DNA from: Candidatus Omnitrophota bacterium
GTDB taxonomy: Bacteria > Omnitrophota > Gorgyraeia > Pluralincolimonadales > Pluralincolimonadaceae
Length of the DNA: 64,000 bases
Direction of reading: 5' to 3'
NCBI GenBank assembly: GCA_003141835.1
Contig: PLNR01000006.1
Location: 14,558 to 78,557 of the forward strand
Made by a program: the position numbers and the translations under genes. The notes beneath the pieces were generated by a model that was not told the origin of the DNA, ran no database searches, and saw only the letters and a program-made list of their open reading frames with translations. The number at the start of each line of letters is the position of its first letter. Positions within the stretch are counted from its first letter, which is position 1. Below are positions 28,791-37,368 of the stretch, piece after piece.

Positions 28791-29500
28791 CTCTTATCCC
28801 CCTTTTTATATACGATTTTTGATATCCAGATCGAAAGTTCGTACAAAAACAGCATCGGCACGGCCATCAGGCACTGCGTGAACGCGTCCGGCGTCGGCGT
28901 TATGACCGCGGCCGCGATAAATATCGCGACTATCGCGAATTTTCTGTTCCTGCTCAGGAAAGAGGGCGTCACTATGCCCAGCTTAGAAAGTATCATCACG
29001 ACGACCGGCAATTCGAATACTATCCCGAATGAGAGAAGCATCATTATCACAAAAGAAAGGTATTTGGAGATCGACAGTATCGGATAGACCTGAGGCCCGG
29101 CAAAGTCGACGAGGAACCTGAGCGACCACGGCAGGACAAAAAAATAGCAGAAGACCACCCCGCCCAAAAACAGCGTCACGGAGAACGGCAGCGCGAAGAC
29201 TACCACCCTCCTCTCTTTTTGCGTCAGCCCGGCCGATACGAAAGCCCATACCTGGTAAAGGACCAGCGGAGAGGCTATGAAGAGCCCGGTAAAGAAAGCG
29301 AGCTTGCAGTATTCGAAAAACGCCTCGGTCGGAGAGAAGAACGCGAGGTGGTCGACCGGCGGAAAGATCAAAAGGTCCAGGATCGCCTGTATCTTCAGGA
29401 AAGCGACGCAGGCGCAGACGATGACGGCTACCGCGGATACCAGTATCCGCCGGCGAAGCTCGTCAAGATGCTCCACGAGTGACATCTGTTTATCGGCCAT
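28787..29500 (-). CDS. tatC: Twin-arginine translocase subunit TatC
   Basis: MSLVEHLDELRRR, PTEAFF, FELPVV, ITPTPD. Confidence 0.95.
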   Translation of the reverse strand: MADKQMSLVEHLDELRRRILVSAVAVIVCACVAFLKIQAILDLLIFPPVDHLAFFSPTEAFFEYCKLAFFTGLFIASPLVLYQVWAFVSAGLTQKERRVVVFALPFSVTLFLGGVVFCYFFVLPWSLRFLVDFAGPQVYPILSISKYLSFVIMMLLSFGIVFELPVVVMILSKLGIVTPSFLSRNRKFAIVAIFIAAAVITPTPDAFTQCLMAVPMLFLYELSIWISKIVYKKGDKR

Positions 29501-29514
29501 ATCGTGCGGGATGT

Positions 29515-29679
29515 TTAATCTTTTTTGGGTGACTGGGAATCGTCTTCTTTCATCGCCTTCTTGAACTCATTGATGGCCTTGCCTAATGAGCGAGCGATCT
29601 CGGGAAGGCGCGCCGCCCCGAAGACGAGAAGGACGATGATAAGGATGACTACCAATTCGGGAAAACCGATATTGAACAT
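29515..29679 (-). CDS. tatA: Twin-arginine translocase subunit TatA/E
   Basis: MFNIGFPEL...[22 protein letters not shown]; start moved to ATG at 29679 with SD GGAGG. Confidence 0.93.
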   Translation of the reverse strand: MFNIGFPELVVILIIVLLVFGAARLPEIARSLGKAINEFKKAMKEDDSQSPKKD

Positions 29680-29730
29680 TTGGGCCTCCGTTTTATCTAC
29701 GGAGATTATAGCACAAGGATAAAAGCGAGG

Positions 29731-29785
29731 CAAGGCCCGTCGTAGGTTGTTTATATAAGCGGAATGTCCCGAAGTGACACGTCCC
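29731..29785 (-). repeat. Family B single arm plus short degenerate Rhs-core stub (distal end of the Rhs array)
   Basis: GGGACGTGTCACTTCGGGACATTCCGCTTATATAAACAACCTACGACGGGCCTTG, similar to the other two cassette junctions. Confidence 0.65.
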
Positions 29786-29797
29786 GCTTATTCCTAT

Positions 29798-29982
29798 TCG
29801 GGTTGCCTACGGCGCTTTGAGAAAGAACGTTATCCTGCGCGTCCTTTATTATAACAGAGCCATAGATATCATAGGTATACTTTTCTATGACGCCGGAGGA
29901 GGGGTCGGTGAGCTCTGTGACGGAGCCAAGGCCGTCGGAGGATAGTTATGTGAGCGGAGGGTGTACTGAAGTGACGCGTTCC
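29798..29982 (-). pseudogene. Truncated orphan Rhs core fragment preceded by a family B arm
   Basis: Encodes DGLGSVTELTDPSSGVIEKYTYDIYGSVIIKDAQDNVLSQSAVGNP, then ends; near-identical to 31123-31260. Confidence 0.85.
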
Positions 29983-30010
29983 GGTTCATCCACCGGTTCA
30001 TCCTATATTT

Positions 30011-30400
30011 TTATACGATTCTATACGAGGCGTGGGATTCAATATGGCTTTTGTCCCATCCGTCTTTATTAAGACGCCATTTATCACCCTGTGGGATGCT
30101 ATCAAATAAATGCAAATGAACTATTTCTGCTTTACTCCAAATAGCGTTTTTATATCTAAGGGTTAAAATCAATATTTTACCTTTAATGCCAGAAAATGAT
30201 ATCTCTTCGTCCAATCTAACAACCGCATCTTCATTTTTATAATATCCAGGAATAAAATCTACGACTTCTCCATAATACGCGTTTTTCCCGCTGAGCCATT
30301 CAGGGCTAGTTGAGTACCCACCCCACAGCTTAACTCTATTACCAATTTTCAATCTTTTTCTATTAAATAAATTTAATAACAAAAGTTTCATTCCTATCAT
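30011..30400 (-). CDS. Putative immunity protein of the orphan Rhs toxin
   Basis: Low GC; 4-bp overlap with the orphan toxin stop; typical toxin-immunity arrangement. Confidence 0.7.
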   Translation of the reverse strand: MIGMKLLLLNLFNRKRLKIGNRVKLWGGYSTSPEWLSGKNAYYGEVVDFIPGYYKNEDAVVRLDEEISFSGIKGKILILTLRYKNAIWSKAEIVHLHLFDSIPQGDKWRLNKDGWDKSHIESHASYRIV

Positions 30401-31260
30401 TTAGGCCACCTCCATCCTCTATAATATTCTTTACCGGCACCACCCTCTATATCGCGTGGACCTCGCACTGGCTCCCAAGGTTTAACATCTATCTTGCGAA
30501 CCGCTGTTCCTGTGTTTCCGCCCGCTGATTCTTTAAGATTTAAAGCCTTATATGCTTCATTGCCAGGTTCATATGGCGGCTTGTTTCCGCGCACCATAAA
30601 ACGAGATTCATATGCCTCATTACCCTTCGAATAATATTGCCAATAACTACCGTTGTTCATTTGAGACCCTGTCAATGCCAATATCGATGCCGTAAGGGAA
30701 ATGTCCTTACAGAAACCGGAAGCATTCTCCAGGGAGGGATTCGCCATAAACTTTCCAGTGCCTTCTCCCAGATGACCTATGTCGGAAGGAATATTTAAAA
30801 TGTTCGTGCCTAAATCTACTACGCTGGATGCAACAGTGGCGCCAATTATATCATACGTGGTGGTAACATTACTAAAAATCATGTCTTTCAAAGTTGAGTT
30901 TTTTCCTTCAACCCATCCCTTTAACCTGTCATACCATGGGCACTTCCCCATCGGATCCGTGTAGTTAATCGGGTTATTCGAGCAATACGCATAGAGGTTT
31001 ATGCCCGCGGAGTAGCCGACAGGGTCTGTCTGGAGGAAGCGGCCTATCTTGGGGTTGTAGTAACGGGCCCTGTAGTAATAGAGGCCTGTCTCCGGGTCAA
31101 GGGCCCTTGAGGTGAAGAAATAAGGGTTGCCTACGGCGCTTTGAGAAAGAACGTTATCCTGCGCGTCCTTTATTATAACAGAGCCATAGATATCATAGGT
31201 ATACTTTTCTATGACGCTGGAGGAGGGGTCGGTGAGCTCCGTGATGGAACCGAAGCCGTC
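30397..31260 (-). pseudogene. Orphan Rhs core + C-terminal toxin module (no start codon)
   Basis: Open frame from DGFGSITELTDP through GLYYYRARYYNPKIGRFLQTDPVG...PINYTDPMG into the toxin; in-frame TAA just upstream; the ORF-track start at 30951 is the M of DPMG. Confidence 0.85.
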
Positions 31261-31262
31261 AA

Positions 31263-31324
31263 AGGATAGTTATATGAGTGGAGTGTCTCCCTTGCGGGGA
31301 TTTTGCCTAAAGTGACACGTCCCC
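31263..31324 (-). repeat. Family B single arm at the immunity/orphan junction
   Basis: GGGGACGTGTCACTT...GGAGACACTCCACTCATATAACTATCC. Confidence 0.7.
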
Positions 31325-31338
31325 AATTATCCTCGCAG

Positions 31339-31725
31339 CTAGGTTCGTATTAACTGCGATGCAATTATTTTTTCAAGTGCTTCTTTAAGAAGATTAAATT
31401 GTTTCTCTATCGTATTCCAATCTAGAGGCACAGTAAAAATTATAGGTTCTACCTTCCACCAATATCGCCTACCAAATATCGTGTCTTTAAAAGTGCAACC
31501 CCAAACCAAAAAGTTATTTAAATTTTCCCCGTCCAAATAAATCTGTATTTGTTTTGTTACTTTTTTATTTTTCCATGAAAGCGACCTTTCTGGCCAATCA
31601 TGGTAATTCTTAGTTAATTTCATTTGATGCTCTTCGGCATAATGTTTTATTTCTTTATCTATTTCCAAAAGTGAACTTTCCCCTTCTAAAAAGTTATTCT
31701 TTTTATTATCTAATGAGTTTTTCAT
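31339..31725 (-). CDS. Putative immunity protein of the main Rhs toxin
   Basis: Very low GC; 4-bp overlap with the Rhs stop. Confidence 0.75.
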   Translation of the reverse strand: MKNSLDNKKNNFLEGESSLLEIDKEIKHYAEEHQMKLTKNYHDWPERSLSWKNKKVTKQIQIYLDGENLNNFLVWGCTFKDTIFGRRYWWKVEPIIFTVPLDWNTIEKQFNLLKEALEKIIASQLIRT

Positions 31726-34700
31726 TGTATATATTGTATTCCTCCTCCTGAATGACCAAATTTTGGTGGTACTCTTTCAGGCCCTCTTAAATATCTAAAA
31801 GAGCTTGGTCTAACTTCTCTAACTGCTGTCCCGGGATTATATGCTGGCAAGCTTAACTTCTCTGCGGCTTCTGTACCAACTTTGTATGGCGCGTTCCATC
31901 CTTCTCCCCTTGTTAAATATTTTGAAGTATATGCAGGATTGTCCGCAGGACCGTACTGATAAAATGGCCTTGTTGAATACGCAGCGGAGGCTGCAACCGC
32001 AGAAATGGATGCCGCCCTCGAGACATCTTTGGAGACTGATGCAGCAGCCATCCAGTAATTACCTTGGCTACTATACCGTTCTGCATCTGCCCATCCTTCA
32101 CCTAGTCTAAGGAGATCTGAAGTTCCATGTAAAACGTCAGCTGCCGTGGAAACAAGGCCATTCCAAACCCAAACCTTTGGATTCTGCGTGTAAAATCCTT
32201 CGGCTGTATCTATTCCTTCATCTAACAATTTAGCTGACTCAGAACCCCATCCACCCTTGCACAACCCCATTGGATCAGTGTTGTTTATTGGATTATTCGA
32301 GCAGTAGGCATAAAGATTCATCCCTGCAGAGTATCCTACCGGGTCGGTCTGGAGGAAGCGGCCTATCTTGGGGTTGTAGTAACGGGCCCTGTAGTAATAC
32401 AGGCCTGTCTCGGGATCAAGGGCCCTTGCTGTGAAGAAATAGGTGTTGCCTACGGCGCTTTGAGAAAGAACGTTATCCTGCGCGTCTTTTATTATAACAT
32501 TGCCGAAGATATCATAGGTATATTTTTCTATTACGCTGGAGGAGGGGTCGGTAAGCTCCGTGATGGAACCGAGGCCGTCGGTGTGGTAATAGTAGGTTGC
32601 CTGGCCGGCCTTTAAGCATACGGGCTCGTCTATTCCCGGGCCGTAGATGAACTTCCTTAAAAGGGCCCCTGTTGAATCATATTCGGCGATTACCTGGTCG
32701 CCGTCATAGATGTAGCCGGTTATCCGGCCGTTGACATCTTTCCTTATTCTCCTTCCGGTGGGATCGTAAGTGTATGCGGCTGTTGTGCCGGTCTTTGACG
32801 CCGAGACCATCCTGTTTTCATAATCAAAGGAATAAGCGTTCGTGCCGTCGCTTGTCAGGTTCCCGTTACCATCGTAGGAATACGGGGTCGAGTTGACCTG
32901 GGTGTATTGGTTTAAGTTATTCGAGCTGTAGAGCTCAACCACCCCGCCTGAGACCTGGGTGCGGTTGCCGATCAAGTCGTAATCATATGAGACGTCCGCG
33001 AACGGGTATCCTGAAGGGTAATTTACCCCTTTTACGCGGTAGGTTTTGTCGTATGTGTAGCTATGGGTCCCCTGCTGAGTCGTCATGGTCAGCCTGTTGG
33101 AGGCGTTATCATAGGTATAGGCGAAACTTGAGAAGACGGAGTTTCCGTTGACCTTCTTAAGCAGGCGGCCTATGTTATCATATGTATAGGCGGAACGCGT
33201 GTCATTATTGTATTTGATCGTCAACCTTCGAGATAAAGGATCGTATGTATACTGCGATACTGCCTGGCCTGTCTGGTCGACAATGCTCTTCAGGCGGTTC
33301 AGCTGGTCATATGTGTAGGTTAAATACGCGCCGTCGGGATAAGTCAGCTTTGTCCTGTTTCCGGCCTTATCGTATTCATTAGCGACGATCTTACCGCTTG
33401 TGGTTGTCCGCAGGACACGGTTCAAGTTATCATATTGATATGAGATCGTCTGGCCCGCCCCGCTTATTGAAGATAGGCGCGAAGCGATATCGTAAGCGTA
33501 GCTGATCACAGGGCCTGAGGAAGGCGCTTTGGATACCAGGCGGTTTAAGTTATCGTAGGAAAAGGTTATCGCATCTCCCCTTCTTGTCGTCTTTAAAGCA
33601 AGGTTTGAGTTCAGGTCGGGGGTATATGTTTCGCTTGAACCGTCAGGGAATGTCGCCTTGATAAGCCATCCCGAAGCGTCATAATCATAGCAAGTAACGG
33701 CGCCGTTTGAGTCTGTGATGCTTTTTAGTTTGCCGTTCCTGTCGTAGGTATTCTCAACCCTGCCGCCCTCAGCGTCGGTCGTCCTGATAAGCAGGTTGCG
33801 CTCATCGTACGCATATGCAGTCGTATTGCCGTTGGGGTCAGCCTGGCTTATTTTATTCCCCGCGCCGTCATAGGAGAAGCTTGTCGTGACGGTCTCCGAA
33901 GCCGAAGGATGTTCCGCGACAGAGACCAGGCGGTCGCGCTTGTCATAAATGTTCTCGACCGCCTGCCAAATTGAGCCCGCGTCATCAAGCTGGCGCTCAA
34001 TTTTAACGGGATTCCTGTTTTTGTCATACGTATATTTGGTCTGGAAATTAAATGGCGCCGGCGAGATAGACTTCAGGAGCAGGCCTATTTTGTTGTATTG
34101 GTTCGTGGCCTTCCTGCCCAACGGGTCGGTTGCGGATATGGGATTGCCTAGAACGTCATAGCCAAATAGTGTTGTAGCGTTTATCCCGCCGTAATTGAGT
34201 ATCTTTTGCGAGAGATATCCGTTCGTGTCATAAGTATTCCTGGTCACTATGCCGTTAGGGTCTGTCTGGTTAACGGGTTGGCCGTAGCTGTTATAAGTGA
34301 AAAGCTCGATAGGCGTCTGCCCGTTTACGGCCGGATGCGTCAGCCTGACCAGGTTGCCGCGGGTATCATAGCCATAGGTTGTCGTATTTCCCCTTGGGTC
34401 TGTGGCTGTCTTCACAAAGCTATACTTTGGTTCATAGGTAAACCTGCTTACGCGGCCTAAGGGGTCGGTCACGGATGTGCAGTTCCCCTTATCGTCATAA
34501 GCGTAATATGTCGTGCGCCCTTCGGGATCCGTCATGCTTGTCTTGTTGAGATCGTCGTCATAAGTATAGCGGATTACATCGCCGATAGGGCCGGTTGCCG
34601 CGGTTATGCTATCGTCCTTGTCATAGTCATATTTTGTGGTATAGCCGCGTTCGTTGGTTTCTGTCGTGACCCGCAGGGACCTGTTATGCGTAAAACTCAC

Positions 34701-35630
34701 AGCGCTGCCGTCGGGATAGGTGATCGCGACGCACTTAAGGAAATTAGGCCCTCCGGCTGTTGAGTCAAACGAGAAAGACGTCCTGTTATTATTAGGGTCT
34801 GTTATCGAGGTGATCTGCCAGTAAACGTTTTTCACGTAGATCATGCCGTTATAGAAATCGAACAGGGAATAACCGTAGCCTATACGGTTTCCCTCGGGAT
34901 CAGTGACCGAAGACAAGTTCTTGGAAGCGTCGTAAGAATAAGCGGTGACCTGGTTATTCGGCCACCTGATCGATGATATCAAGGAGTCCGCGTTATAGGA
35001 AATAACCAGGCGCCTGCCGGAATTATCCGATATCGAGGACGGAAGCCCATTACTATAAGAGATGGATATCGGGTTCCCGTTCCTGTCGGTTATATTCTGG
35101 AGCTTTCCGTCAGAGCGGAAATTGTAGGTCTTTCCGTTCTTGCGGACCAGGATCCACGAGCTCCTGTCTTTTCCCGTTAATTTTGAGAAATTTCCCTTCG
35201 GCGGAGTCCATTTACCGCCTTCCCGGTTATATACCTCTCTCAGGCCTTCCTCATTCTGGATCTCAACGCAAGTCGGTGAAAGGACTTTTACATTTATTTC
35301 ATAGTTGAAGCTCCAGCCGCGCCCGAAGAGGCCCATATAATCCTTGCCGGATATGCCGTAATAGTCCCTTGTTATCTCAAGAGAGCTATCTCCGCGGCCC
35401 GGGACCAAAATATCCTGGTTGGAGGCGTGAAGCCTCCCATTTGTCGCGTAGACCGGATCGGCAAGAGGCGCGTTATTTTTAATTTCTCCCTTCATGGGCC
35501 GCTTATCAACGTTGTTGTCATTTGGGGGCGTGCCGCAGCCGAAGGCGAGTGAGCTAAAATAAACCATAAGGATGACGGAAACAGCCGCGATTTTTTCAAG
35601 ATGCCGGGGACCACTTAAGCGCCGTGTCAT
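31722..35630 (-). CDS. Rhs/YD-repeat polymorphic toxin with signal peptide, DUF6531-like N-domain and C-terminal toxin
   Basis: DPVYATNG...GLFGRGWSFNYE; many YD repeats; Rhs core GRFLQTDPVG...PINNTDPMG; C-terminus ending FGHSGGGIQY. Confidence 0.95.
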   Translation of the reverse strand: MTRRLSGPRHLEKIAAVSVILMVYFSSLAFGCGTPPNDNNVDKRPMKGEIKNNAPLADPVYATNGRLHASNQDILVPGRGDSSLEITRDYYGISGKDYMGLFGRGWSFNYEINVKVLSPTCVEIQNEEGLREVYNREGGKWTPPKGNFSKLTGKDRSSWILVRKNGKTYNFRSDGKLQNITDRNGNPISISYSNGLPSSISDNSGRRLVISYNADSLISSIRWPNNQVTAYSYDASKNLSSVTDPEGNRIGYGYSLFDFYNGMIYVKNVYWQITSITDPNNNRTSFSFDSTAGGPNFLKCVAITYPDGSAVSFTHNRSLRVTTETNERGYTTKYDYDKDDSITAATGPIGDVIRYTYDDDLNKTSMTDPEGRTTYYAYDDKGNCTSVTDPLGRVSRFTYEPKYSFVKTATDPRGNTTTYGYDTRGNLVRLTHPAVNGQTPIELFTYNSYGQPVNQTDPNGIVTRNTYDTNGYLSQKILNYGGINATTLFGYDVLGNPISATDPLGRKATNQYNKIGLLLKSISPAPFNFQTKYTYDKNRNPVKIERQLDDAGSIWQAVENIYDKRDRLVSVAEHPSASETVTTSFSYDGAGNKISQADPNGNTTAYAYDERNLLIRTTDAEGGRVENTYDRNGKLKSITDSNGAVTCYDYDASGWLIKATFPDGSSETYTPDLNSNLALKTTRRGDAITFSYDNLNRLVSKAPSSGPVISYAYDIASRLSSISGAGQTISYQYDNLNRVLRTTTSGKIVANEYDKAGNRTKLTYPDGAYLTYTYDQLNRLKSIVDQTGQAVSQYTYDPLSRRLTIKYNNDTRSAYTYDNIGRLLKKVNGNSVFSSFAYTYDNASNRLTMTTQQGTHSYTYDKTYRVKGVNYPSGYPFADVSYDYDLIGNRTQVSGGVVELYSSNNLNQYTQVNSTPYSYDGNGNLTSDGTNAYSFDYENRMVSASKTGTTAAYTYDPTGRRIRKDVNGRITGYIYDGDQVIAEYDSTGALLRKFIYGPGIDEPVCLKAGQATYYYHTDGLGSITELTDPSSSVIEKYTYDIFGNVIIKDAQDNVLSQSAVGNTYFFTARALDPETGLYYYRARYYNPKIGRFLQTDPVGYSAGMNLYAYCSNNPINNTDPMGLCKGGWGSESAKLLDEGIDTAEGFYTQNPKVWVWNGLVSTAADVLHGTSDLLRLGEGWADAERYSSQGNYWMAAASVSKDVSRAASISAVAASAAYSTRPFYQYGPADNPAYTSKYLTRGEGWNAPYKVGTEAAEKLSLPAYNPGTAVREVRPSSFRYLRGPERVPPKFGHSGGGIQYIQ

Positions 35631-35642
35631 TAGTTTTCTCCG

Positions 35643-36380
35643 TTAGTTAGTTTTTTCAATGTCTTCTATGTTCGCCTTTGCCTGTTCGGCAAGTTTGGTG
35701 TCCGGACCTGCCCTCAAAACTTCCTTGAATGAATCAAGCGCGCTCACGCGGTCCCCGAGAAAGAAATAACATCTGCCTTTCTCAAGCCAGACCCATTGCA
35801 CCGTTTCCGGGGTAAACGTTCCTTCTTTAAGGGCGCTTGCATATTCTTCTATCGCGTCGCCGTATCTTGTCCTCTCGCAGTAGCACCAGCCGAGATTTAT
35901 ACGGATGTAGCCGGCCAAACCGCTCTTTTCGGAATAATGAAGGGCTTTTTCATAGGATTCGATCGCCTGGTCATATCTTTTCAGATGTTGAAAGGATTCG
36001 CCCGCCGAATAATACAATCTTAGTATATCCATCTTGCTCCCGGGATAGCGCTTAGAAAAATCATCACATAAACGCAGGACATCGTCATACTTGGCTGAGC
36101 TTATCAGGGATGGCATTAACCGCTTCGTTATCGCGAGCCTCGCATCCCGCGTCATATTAGGGTCATTGAGAAGAGCTTCCTCGAATGGGTCTATCCCGCC
36201 GGAGGATGAGGCGTTTTCATCACAATTTATACCGTCAAGCTTGGGATCTATATAAAAAGACACCGCCTCTCTTTCATCGAGGAACGACTCTATCCTATTT
36301 ACCGCGTCAAGACGGCTGTCTTCAGCCGCATAAAGAAAAACGGGAATAACGAGAATAAGGCAAAAAACGACAGCGCGCAT
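35643..36380 (-). CDS. Exported TPR protein
   Basis: Signal peptide; TPR units (YDQAIESYEKAL, YGDAIEEYASAL). Confidence 0.8.
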   Translation of the reverse strand: MRAVVFCLILVIPVFLYAAEDSRLDAVNRIESFLDEREAVSFYIDPKLDGINCDENASSSGGIDPFEEALLNDPNMTRDARLAITKRLMPSLISSAKYDDVLRLCDDFSKRYPGSKMDILRLYYSAGESFQHLKRYDQAIESYEKALHYSEKSGLAGYIRINLGWCYCERTRYGDAIEEYASALKEGTFTPETVQWVWLEKGRCYFFLGDRVSALDSFKEVLRAGPDTKLAEQAKANIEDIEKTN

Positions 36381-37205
36381 TTAGAACTCCGCTAACGGGT
36401 CTGTCAGGTCGTCCGGCGTCCCCAACTTTTTATCTTCACCTTCCGAGCCGTATTTTTGGTATTTGATAAACTGGTTTGCCCTCGCGACAGAGCCGTCAAG
36501 ATTCCTTAAACCCTCGTACATCTTATCCATGATGTGTGTCATCAAGGCCGGATCCGAGGCCGGACAGGCCATGAACGCTTTCTTAAAACAGGAAAGAGCT
36601 TCTTTGTTCGAGCCTTCGGCCATGAATGCGTCTCCTAATTCAGCGAAACTCTCGGCTCTCTGGCTATTCGCGGATGGATAGTTGTCTATGAGTTTCTGGA
36701 ACTCGGCCTTAGCTTGAGCCGGATTTTTCATTTTTATATACGCCCTGCCTATCATTAATTGGGCGACCGGAGCATTATAATCATTCGGATAATCCGAAAT
36801 TATTTTACGATACTCGGCTATCGCCGCATCGGGCTTATTGAGACAATTTAATGTTATCTGGGCTATTTCGAACCGGGCCCTGGAACACTCGGCCGTGATC
36901 GACGGATACAGCTTCGGCACTTTTTCATATTCATCTATGGCTTTTTGATATTTTTGTTTTGAATAGTGGTAACAGCCTATATAATACTGCGCCTTGGCGC
37001 ACAACAGCGGTTCGCCGGGATTATTAATTATGAAGTCCTGAAGGTCCTGCAGCTTGTCCCAGCCGCCGTCCCACCAGAAATTAGGGATATCCCTGACTAT
37101 GCCGGAGAATTGCGCGTCGGCAGAGATGCCATCAGGGAAACATGGCGCAGTGAGATTCAATACTAAAAGTGAAGTAATCATGAGGATAAAAACCAGTTTT
37201 TTCAT
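36381..37205 (-). CDS. Exported TPR protein (BamD/CpoB-like repeats)
   Basis: Signal peptide; AQYYIG..AIDEYEKV..YP repeats. Confidence 0.8.
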   Translation of the reverse strand: MKKLVFILMITSLLVLNLTAPCFPDGISADAQFSGIVRDIPNFWWDGGWDKLQDLQDFIINNPGEPLLCAKAQYYIGCYHYSKQKYQKAIDEYEKVPKLYPSITAECSRARFEIAQITLNCLNKPDAAIAEYRKIISDYPNDYNAPVAQLMIGRAYIKMKNPAQAKAEFQKLIDNYPSANSQRAESFAELGDAFMAEGSNKEALSCFKKAFMACPASDPALMTHIMDKMYEGLRNLDGSVARANQFIKYQKYGSEGEDKKLGTPDDLTDPLAEF

Positions 37206-37254
37206 TTGCGACTTTCTTTTTTAGTGTTTTTTCACGATTTATGCCCACGTGAGC

Positions 37255-37282
37255 AATTTATCACATAATTTTCAATTGTCAA
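37255..37282 (-). promoter_or_regulatory. Probable sigma70 promoter of the TPR-TPR-Rhs operon
   Basis: TTGACA-N16-TAAATT with TGn extension. Confidence 0.5.
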
Positions 37283-37342
37283 ACTAAATTAGTTGCTTTT
37301 TTATAGCAAAATTTAATATAATATACCTGTGCAAAATAAACC

Positions 37343-37368
37343 GGGGTGTCCTAACGTGACACGTCCCC
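37343..37368 (-). repeat. Family B single arm at the proximal edge of the Rhs island
   Basis: GGGGACGTGTCACGTTAGGACACCCC. Confidence 0.65.

Noticed and set aside
29981-30003. CCGGTTCATCC tandem duplicate next to a cassette junction
   Set aside because: Not present at the other junctions, so it cannot be supported as a target-site duplication.
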